Below are positions 1 through 5,989 of a stretch of DNA of 24,000 nt, in pieces. The stretch's first letter is position 1. Every line of letters starts with the position of its first letter. The notes below the pieces were generated by a model. That model worked only from the letters and a program-made list of their open reading frames with translations. It searched no databases and was not told the origin of the DNA. Origin of the DNA: Candidatus Woesearchaeota archaeon (lineage in GTDB: Archaea; Nanobdellota; Nanobdellia; Woesearchaeales; JABIAG01); NCBI GenBank assembly GCA_018653365.1, contig JABIAG010000001.1, forward strand, positions 137,031 to 161,030. The letters are read 5' to 3'. A program made the translations under genes and the position numbers.

Positions 1-966
1 ATAATCATCGCCGGGTAGTCCAATAATTAGTTCAAGTTTAAAAGGAATTCCATTTTGAGAAAGTTGAGGGAGGAAATTATACGCCTTTGTTAAATCATTA
101 CTTCTTAACCAGGAAGGAACGCACGGATTGAGAGTTTGAAGACCAATAATTACTTCTTGCATGTTAGTGGATGCTAATAAATTGATGGTATCTTCATTAA
201 AAACTTCTGATCTATAATATGCAGTGACTTTGGTGTCTGGCGCATACTGGGTATACCATTCTAAAATTTTCTTATCTCTCCCTAAGGGGAATGCTAAAAT
301 AGGGTCAATGATTGCACTTTCGTTAAAGCCAATTCTTCCAATACCCTTGATTTCTTCTTCAGTAATCGCAAGGTTTCTTGCTTGAACTCCTTGACGAATT
401 CTGTGCCCACAAAAACCACAATTATATGCACAACCAACCGAAGTATCATGCCAAGTAAATGTTTTATCAGTATCTTCAAACTCTGTAAGGGCGGGCATGA
501 AGGGTTCAGAATAAATTGGAGTGTACTTTGAGGGAAAAACAACATCTTTGTGAGTTGTTGCATCACCTTCTTGTCCGGTTAGTATTGATAAAATAATTCT
601 TCTCAAAGGATCTTCACCCTCACCAGAAACGAGTTGCGTTCCTGAAGGAAATGAACATATATCTAAAGCAGATACTTCAGGACCTCCAATTACTATTCTA
701 GGGTTAGCAAGTAACTCTGAATTGGCAATAGTTTGAACTTTGTCAGTAGTCCATATGTATGCAGTCATCCCAGTTAAATCAGTACTTAAATCATTCAATC
801 TTTTTGTAGTAACTTCAGGAGATTCATCCATATGAACTGGAAGTATTCTGATCCGTACATCTGGAATCGCTAAATTGTGTGCAGCAAGTCTAAACGCTGC
901 TAAAGAATATCTACTAGGGTATTCCTCTAATCTATGATAAAAACTAACTAAAGATACATTTAACAT
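1..966 (-). CDS. B12-binding-domain (class B) radical SAM enzyme, N-terminal 322 codons; 3' end lies beyond the window start
   Basis: Not in the ORF track. Hand translation of the minus strand from ATG 966-964 gives 322 sense codons with no stop down to position 1: MLNVSLVSFYHRLEEYPSRYSLAAFRLAAHNLAIPDVRIRILPVH...IVIGGPEVS...VGCAYNCGFCGHRIRQG...IIGLQTLNPC...LIIGLPGDDY. It has a Cx3Cx2C cluster motif (CAYNCGFC) after a Rossmann-like N-terminal region, as in cobalamin-binding rSAMs. The ATG overlaps the stop of the upstream gene (ATGTTAA). Confidence 0.8.
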   Translation of the reverse strand, partial: MLNVSLVSFYHRLEEYPSRYSLAAFRLAAHNLAIPDVRIRILPVHMDESPEVTTKRLNDLSTDLTGMTAYIWTTDKVQTIANSELLANPRIVIGGPEVSALDICSFPSGTQLVSGEGEDPLRRIILSILTGQEGDATTHKDVVFPSKYTPIYSEPFMPALTEFEDTDKTFTWHDTSVGCAYNCGFCGHRIRQGVQARNLAITEEEIKGIGRIGFNESAIIDPILAFPLGRDKKILEWYTQYAPDTKVTAYYRSEVFNEDTINLLASTNMQEVIIGLQTLNPCVPSWLRSNDLTKAYNFLPQLSQNGIPFKLELIIGLPGDDY

Positions 967-1868
967 CTTCTTTCAACCGGCACAATATACGATTTATGAT
1001 AATTTAATACATGCATCTGTTTTTTTTCTTCAGGAAATCGACTAACCCAAACATCTTTTAAGTGTAAATTATCTTCAATTAATTGCCCAACAAAAATATT
1101 GTCTTTAGCATAAGGTAAAATCAGTTCACCTTTAGGAGTTATCATAATCAGGGTCCCGGTGTAATCATTCTTTTCACTATCGGCAAGATATATTTCTGGA
1201 AACCAATCTGTTAATTCACGATGCAATCTTCGAAATGTATCTGTGGGAATATCATACCGTCTTCTTACACTTTCTTTTTCTCCTCCTCCACGAATTGTAA
1301 ACTGTCTTAGTTTCCATATTTCTGGCGGACATCCAGCAAGACATTCACCTACTTCTTCCATCTCACCTAAAGTCTTCTGACTGACTACTGAACTAACTTT
1401 TAAATGGCTTCTTTCTCTTTGAGAAAACTTATAACACAACATTTGTAAATGTTCGCGTGACACATAAGGACGTTTCATTTTTCTAGCTAAATTGCCATCT
1501 AAAGTATCTGCAGTCAGGGATAACCAATCCACCTCAAGATCAAGAAGTCTTTCAATATCTTCTTCTTTTAGTGTAACTGAAGTTGACTCAAGATTCAAAC
1601 CTAACTTATTTCTTTTTACATATTCGATAAGTTCCCAAATATCTTTTCTCCTAAATGGTTCCCTACCTGCAAAAGAAATCATTTCTGCGCCACACTCAAT
1701 AACCTTATCTATAACTCTTTTTGCATCAGAAGTAGAAAGATCTTCAAGTCCTCTAAGATCCGTAGTGGGTGTAAGACAAATCTCACAATCAGCTACACAC
1801 ATTGAAGTAATAACATAAGAAACATACTTTGGCGTTGGCATTTCTTCACTTTCTATTGGACGCACCAT
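960..1868 (-). CDS. radical SAM enzyme, single domain, about 300 aa, viperin-like motif order (family assignment tentative)
   Basis: 302-aa ORF with the N-terminal Cx3Cx2C motif CVADCEIC. It carries FAGREPF (a GGE-motif variant), KVSSVV, IWKLRQF, and a C-terminal DSEKNDYTGTLIMITPKGEL. A TATA-like GTTTAAATATT (minus strand) is centred about 27 nt upstream of the ATG. Confidence 0.75.
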   Translation of the reverse strand: MVRPIESEEMPTPKYVSYVITSMCVADCEICLTPTTDLRGLEDLSTSDAKRVIDKVIECGAEMISFAGREPFRRKDIWELIEYVKRNKLGLNLESTSVTLKEEDIERLLDLEVDWLSLTADTLDGNLARKMKRPYVSREHLQMLCYKFSQRERSHLKVSSVVSQKTLGEMEEVGECLAGCPPEIWKLRQFTIRGGGEKESVRRRYDIPTDTFRRLHRELTDWFPEIYLADSEKNDYTGTLIMITPKGELILPYAKDNIFVGQLIEDNLHLKDVWVSRFPEEKKQMHVLNYHKSYIVPVERRC

Positions 1869-1971
1869 GGGGGAGATAAGAAAGCTTCAAGCAATATTTA
1901 AACGTTTTGGTTTTTTTAAATGTGATAATGTTAAACAATAACTATATAAATAATTAAAGAATTCAAATAGT

Positions 1972-2634
1972 ATGAAAAAGAAAACTCTAAAAACTGTAGT
2001 AATCACAATTATACTTATCTTAGTAATCTTTTTTATATTCAAATACATAAAAACACCTGATGTTGTTCTTGATCCAGTAAACCTAGCAGATCCATTTTTA
2101 GGACCAGAAAATGCAGCAATAGTAGTTGTTGAATATTCAGAATTTCAGTGTCCATATTGTGCAGCAGCATTTGGAACACATGATGTACTAGTACAAAGAT
2201 TTAAATCACAAATGCCTAGTTGGGAGCCATCTGTACCAGGATTAGAACAATTAGCAAGAGAGGGTAAAATAAAATTTGTATTCAAACACTTCCCGCTAGC
2301 AGGACATGAATACGCTCAAAAAGCAGCAGAAGCAGCAGAAGCAGCAAATGCACAAGGAAAATTCTGGGAATATCACGACGCACTATTTGAAAAAGGTGGA
2401 GCTTTTGATGATGACACATTAATAGAAATTGCAGAAGAACTAGACTTAGATGTTTCAAGGTTCAAAGCAGAACTAAAAGGAGACGTATACGCAAGATCAG
2501 TAAGAGATGACATGCGAGAGGGACAAAGATTAGGTGTGGGAGGAACCCCTGCATTTCTAATAAACGGACAGTTAATAGAAGGCGCACAACCATTTCAGGT
2601 ATTTGAAGAAGCAATCGCAAGCTTAGAAGAATAA
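1972..2634 (+). CDS. membrane-anchored DsbA-family thiol:disulfide oxidoreductase
   Basis: 220-aa ORF with an N-terminal TM segment (VVITIILILVIFFIF) and a thioredoxin-fold CxxC active site, FQCPYCAAA. The C-terminal GVGGTPAFLING is typical of the DsbA family. A TATA-like CTATATAAATA sits about 25 nt upstream. Confidence 0.75.
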   Translation: MKKKTLKTVVITIILILVIFFIFKYIKTPDVVLDPVNLADPFLGPENAAIVVVEYSEFQCPYCAAAFGTHDVLVQRFKSQMPSWEPSVPGLEQLAREGKIKFVFKHFPLAGHEYAQKAAEAAEAANAQGKFWEYHDALFEKGGAFDDDTLIEIAEELDLDVSRFKAELKGDVYARSVRDDMREGQRLGVGGTPAFLINGQLIEGAQPFQVFEEAIASLEE

Positions 2635-2665
2635 TCTTTTTAAACAACTTTCTTTCACTACTCAT

Positions 2666-3070
2666 ATGACTTTGCAAATTCCCTTAGGATCACAACCCCC
2701 AAGATTTGAAGTACCTGACGTAGTTTATAACCATGGACCAAAATTACCTTTAGATTTTTCTTATGCCAGTGATAGGTTTGGTTACGTAGCTATAGTCTTT
2801 GGTGAAGCCGAACTTGGAATGAACTGCCAATATGAGCATTCTGCCATGATTCTTACAGAGGGAAAATTAAATCCTCAGTTTAGAGTTGGAGTTAGAAACC
2901 TCTTAGTAGCATTACAAGAAGGAACTTTACGTTTGCTAAACGAACAAAGATTTCAAGAAGTAAGAACACAGTTAATAACACACTTAGGTAAAAGCAAAGA
3001 CCCTGGACTAAGAACACTTCCCAATAGATTAACACGACAACCCACTGAATTAAAAGCGTTGTTGATTTAG
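2666..3070 (+). CDS. hypothetical protein (134 aa)
   Basis: Uninterrupted ORF with no competing ORF on the other strand. I recognise no motif, and I see no clear SD or TATA. Confidence 0.4.
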   Translation: MTLQIPLGSQPPRFEVPDVVYNHGPKLPLDFSYASDRFGYVAIVFGEAELGMNCQYEHSAMILTEGKLNPQFRVGVRNLLVALQEGTLRLLNEQRFQEVRTQLITHLGKSKDPGLRTLPNRLTRQPTELKALLI

Positions 3071-3098
3071 AAACATAACTTTATATAATCATATAAAT

Positions 3099-3107
3099 AT
3101 TTATATA
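3099..3107 (+). promoter_or_regulatory. TATA box of the orc1/cdc6 gene (leaderless spacing)
   Basis: ATTTATATA is centred about 27 nt upstream of ATG 3130, and there is no SD. Confidence 0.45.
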
Positions 3108-3129
3108 CTCATATTCTAACCTTAACCTT

Positions 3130-4206
3130 ATGTCAATGTTTAAAGATATGCTAAAAGATACAGAAAGCCTATTCACTACAAATGTAGAAGCACTAGATTT
3201 TGATTACCTACCAAAATTAGTGCCTTTTAGAGAGGCAGAACAAAAACAAATAGCTAACTGTATTAAACCCTTATTTCAAAAAAGAAACGGAAGAAACATA
3301 TTAGTACACGGAAAGCCAGGAATTGGTAAAACCGTTGCAATAAAACACATTCTAAAAGAGCTAGAAGAAGAAACAGATGAAATCTTTCCAATATACATAA
3401 ACTGCTGGCAGACAACAACTTCATTTAAAATAATGATAGAAATCTGCAACCAATTAGGTTACAAGTTCACTCAAAACAAAAAAACAGAAGAACTAACAAA
3501 AGTAGTAAAAGATATAATAAACCAAAATTCTGGAGCAGTAATAATCTTTGATGAAATAGACAAAGTAGAAGATACAGACTTCTTATACTTATTACTGGAG
3601 GAAGTATACAGAAAAACAATTATTCTAATTACAAATTATAAATCCTGGTTCACACAAGTAGATGAACGAACAAGATCAAGACTCATACCTGACTTGTTAG
3701 AATTTAAAGAATACACTGAACAAGAAACAATTGAAATATTAAAAGCCCGAATGCAATATGCTTTTGTTCCAAACGTTTGGGACGATGACGCATTTAACCT
3801 CTTAGCAAAAAAAGCAGCAGAAATGAAAGATATAAGAACAGGATTATTCCTCATAAAAGAAGCAGGACAAATAGCAGAAGACAAATCAAAGAAAAAAATA
3901 GAAAAAGAAGACGCACTACAAGCAATAACAAAACTAGAAAGTTTCTCAATAAAAAGCAGTAACGACTTAGTAGACATAGAAAAAGAAATACTTGAAATGA
4001 TAAAGAAAAATAATGAAATGAAAATTGGAGACCTGTTTAAGATGTACGCAGCAAAAGGAAAAGACATAAGCTACAGAACATTTCAACGAAGAATAAAAAA
4101 ATTAGAAGAGGGCAAGTTCATAAATATACAAAAGTTAGACGGTGGAGCAGAAGGCAAGACATCTATTATCAAGTATGGTGAAAGTAAAAAATTAACTGAT
4201 TTCTAA
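3130..4206 (+). CDS. orc1: Orc1/Cdc6 AAA+ replication initiator
   Basis: 358 aa with Walker A HGKPGIGKT, Walker B IIFDEIDK and sensor-1-like ILITN. The C-terminal region is winged-helix-like (ISYRTFQRRIKKLEEGKFINIQK). This is the typical archaeal Orc1/Cdc6 layout. Confidence 0.85.
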   Translation: MSMFKDMLKDTESLFTTNVEALDFDYLPKLVPFREAEQKQIANCIKPLFQKRNGRNILVHGKPGIGKTVAIKHILKELEEETDEIFPIYINCWQTTTSFKIMIEICNQLGYKFTQNKKTEELTKVVKDIINQNSGAVIIFDEIDKVEDTDFLYLLLEEVYRKTIILITNYKSWFTQVDERTRSRLIPDLLEFKEYTEQETIEILKARMQYAFVPNVWDDDAFNLLAKKAAEMKDIRTGLFLIKEAGQIAEDKSKKKIEKEDALQAITKLESFSIKSSNDLVDIEKEILEMIKKNNEMKIGDLFKMYAAKGKDISYRTFQRRIKKLEEGKFINIQKLDGGAEGKTSIIKYGESKKLTDF

Positions 4207-4232
4207 TCATTCTAGTACTTGTATGACTAAGT

Positions 4233-4730
4233 CTATTTAACCGCCATACAAACATCTAGAATATGATGATGTTCAGGATGTTCTTCAGGTCTGTTTAAGT
4301 ATATCTCATAACTTGGTCTTGACATATCTATCTCTTTATTATTTTCTTTTATCCATTCAACAACTTTATTCCATGCAGGACCATATTCTTCTGGGCCGAA
4401 CAATTCCACACGCATTACAACATATTTTCCGCCAGGAAGAGTTTTCTTTTTTATTTCATTTTCAACTTCAACATTTTCTTTGAGAGTCATACATACATCT
4501 AATTTAAGTTTATCTGGCGGAGTTGTGTGTGGATCATCATGATAAACTGACATGAAAATAGTTTCATTATTTATTAATTGTTTAGAACTCGCCCAACCAC
4601 AAAGTTTACCAAATAACTCTTTAAAGACTTGAACATTTCCCATGTAGTTGCCAACAAAAGAAACATAAGCAACATTTCTTTCTCCCAATTCCTTAATTTC
4701 TGGTTTGTTTATGAGTTCCACATTTATCAC
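4233..4730 (-). CDS. GyrI-like (SbmC/AraC effector-binding-type) small-molecule-binding protein
   Basis: 165 aa. The size and duplicated beta-alpha-beta-beta pattern fit the family (NVAYVSFVGNY...; GGKYVVMRVELFGPEEYGPAWNKVVEWIKENN; PSYEIYLNRPEE). The family call comes from recalled sequence patterns. Confidence 0.6.
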   Translation of the reverse strand: MINVELINKPEIKELGERNVAYVSFVGNYMGNVQVFKELFGKLCGWASSKQLINNETIFMSVYHDDPHTTPPDKLKLDVCMTLKENVEVENEIKKKTLPGGKYVVMRVELFGPEEYGPAWNKVVEWIKENNKEIDMSRPSYEIYLNRPEEHPEHHHILDVCMAVK

Positions 4731-4751
4731 CTATTTTAAGATAATGTGTTA

Positions 4752-4764
4752 AATATATAAATTT
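4752..4764 (-). promoter_or_regulatory. TATA box for the GyrI-like gene
   Basis: Minus-strand AAATTTATATATT centred about 28 nt upstream of ATG 4730. It is the exact inverted copy of 4819-4831. Confidence 0.45.
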
Positions 4765-4818
4765 TCTTATGATTCAAATTTAAGTTATAATTGTTTGCCC
4801 CTCTTTTTTATTTGAGAT

Positions 4819-4831
4819 AAATTTATATATT
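4819..4831 (+). promoter_or_regulatory. TATA box for the 66-aa gene
   Basis: AAATTTATATATT lies about 37 nt upstream of ATG 4862, followed by the SD-like GGTGATG at 4852-4858. Confidence 0.4.
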
Positions 4832-4861
4832 GTCAATCATATTTAAGCTATGGTGATGTAA

Positions 4862-5062
4862 ATGAATATGTCTGAACTTGAATTTCATAGAAAAGTACTT
4901 GAACATTTTGAAGAACTGGCTGAATATAAAAGTGGATTAAATGCTCGAGCATTAACGAAGATTATAGAAGGACTTACGGAGTTAGTAAAAGTTGAGTCTT
5001 CTTTTAGCGGAGCAGAGGATACTCAGATTCACGTTGGTCTATCAGGATTTAAACGTAAATAA
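4862..5062 (+). CDS. hypothetical small helical protein (66 aa)
   Basis: ORF preceded by a GGTGATG SD-like site and a TATA box. The sequence is predicted helical. No family recognised. Confidence 0.45.
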   Translation: MNMSELEFHRKVLEHFEELAEYKSGLNARALTKIIEGLTELVKVESSFSGAEDTQIHVGLSGFKRK

Positions 5063-5271
5063 ACTGCAAATAAATTTCTATTTTTTCGTTTATTATAATC
5101 TAGTTTAAGATGATTTAATCCGCACTAGACAAGACTTGTCCAATGCTCAAACCCGCTAAAACCTCCAAATTCTAACTTTCTAAAAGATCCTTTAAAAACA
5201 ATTCTAACCATTGGACAAACCCTGGAATGAGGTATATAAAGGAAACAATTCTACTAGTAATTGTTGATTCG

Positions 5272-5310
5272 AAACGGGCATTATGCCGAGTAAAACCCGT
5301 TTTAATTTTT
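5272..5310 (+). terminator. hairpin plus T-tract (terminator or attenuator-like element) just upstream of micro-ORF 1
   Basis: AAACGGG (5272-5278) pairs with CCCGTTT (5296-5302). The loop holds a nested GGCAT/ATGCC palindrome and is followed by TTAATTTTT. An oligo-T tract is the archaeal termination signal. Confidence 0.35.
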
Positions 5311-5329
5311 AAAAAAAGAGGTGGTTAAT

Positions 5330-5494
5330 ATGATACAACAAAAATCGAAGATTTTTGAGCATCATTTCCAACCAGGAGGAAAAATGATAGACCTAAGCCA
5401 AAAAACAATAAGTGAATTATTTTATGACCAAATTAAAAGAGTGACTCGCGAAAGTAGTTTTGACATACAATACAGTGAGTGGTGGGCAAAATGA
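5330..5494 (+). CDS. micro-ORF 1 (54 aa), hypothetical
   Basis: Below the track's size cutoff. SD GAGGTGG at 5318-5324, 5 nt before the ATG. Product: MIQQKSKIFEHHFQPGGKMIDLSQKTISELFYDQIKRVTRESSFDIQYSEWWAK. Its stop overlaps the next ATG (ATGA). Confidence 0.45.
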   Translation: MIQQKSKIFEHHFQPGGKMIDLSQKTISELFYDQIKRVTRESSFDIQYSEWWAK

Positions 5495-5601
5495 AGTCTG
5501 TCAATAGATTAGCAATGGACCTAGTAGATGAAGCAAGATGGACTGGAGAGTTAAGTGGAGAAGAAGCAGATTATATACTCGATTATATACAAACCGCGTG
5601 A
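5491..5601 (+). CDS. micro-ORF 2 (36 aa), hypothetical
   Basis: ATGA overlap with micro-ORF 1. Product: MKSVNRLAMDLVDEARWTGELSGEEADYILDYIQTA. Confidence 0.35.
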   Translation: MKSVNRLAMDLVDEARWTGELSGEEADYILDYIQTA

Positions 5602-5610
5602 GGTGAAAAA

Positions 5611-5724
5611 ATGAATTTCAATAAAAAACAAAATTATGTAAGTTGGGAAGAATACATGAACAAGGTAGATCAGTTTGAAGATTTTATTTTCAGACAAAGT
5701 AGTCGAGGAACGTTCTTGCCATAA
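5611..5724 (+). CDS. micro-ORF 3 (37 aa), hypothetical
   Basis: SD GAGGTGA at 5600-5606, 4 nt before the ATG. Product: MNFNKKQNYVSWEEYMNKVDQFEDFIFRQSSRGTFLP. Confidence 0.4.
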   Translation: MNFNKKQNYVSWEEYMNKVDQFEDFIFRQSSRGTFLP

Positions 5725-5938
5725 AAACCCTTTCAAAATCAAAGAGTTTAGAGTGTCAAAATCTGCAGGGTCAGTTTTTAACACACCAAAATTACTAAAC
5801 CTTTGTTTTTTTATTTTTTTAAATAACGTATTTCGCTAATAAGTAGATCACAATTGTTTTTTATACAACAAAATTTTGAAAAAGAAATTTTGAGCATCAA
5901 AAACATCCCTGTTGTTTTTAATGCACCTCTAACCCCTT

Positions 5939-5977
5939 CCAACCCTCAGAAATGAGGGATTGGTTTTTATTTTTTTC
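5939..5977 (+). terminator. GNRA-looped hairpin plus T-tract
   Basis: CCAACCCTCA-GAAA-TGAGGGATTGG (6 perfect bp CCCTCA/TGAGGG, then 4 more with one bulged A), followed by TTTTTATTTTTTT. It sits at the end of the plus-strand micro-ORF region. Confidence 0.45.
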
Positions 5978-5989
5978 ATTAAATGAATG

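Noticed and set aside
294-566. Track ORF of 90 aa on the minus strand
   Set aside because: It lies in a different frame from the 322-codon open frame that carries the radical SAM motifs, and its product is low-complexity. I treat it as an out-of-frame shadow.
3113-5209. 9-mer ATTCTAACC shared between the orc1 5' region (3113-3121) and the non-coding element (5201-5209), considered as an Orc-binding motif
   Set aside because: A 9-mer match across the window is far too likely by chance to carry meaning without conservation data.
5551-5784. 77-aa minus-strand ORF in the non-coding islet
   Set aside because: It overlaps micro-ORFs 2 and 3, which have strong SD sites, and it has no SD or TATA of its own. 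Its product is low-complexity.
5353-5899. 12-bp direct repeat TTTTGAGCATCA (5353-5364 and 5888-5899) as possible att sites flanking the micro-ORF cassette
   Set aside because: By my estimate, exact 12-mer repeats are expected many times by chance in 24 kb (about N^2/2 pairs times 4^-12, which is more than 10 even before AT bias). One copy lies inside micro-ORF 1, and no integrase is present.
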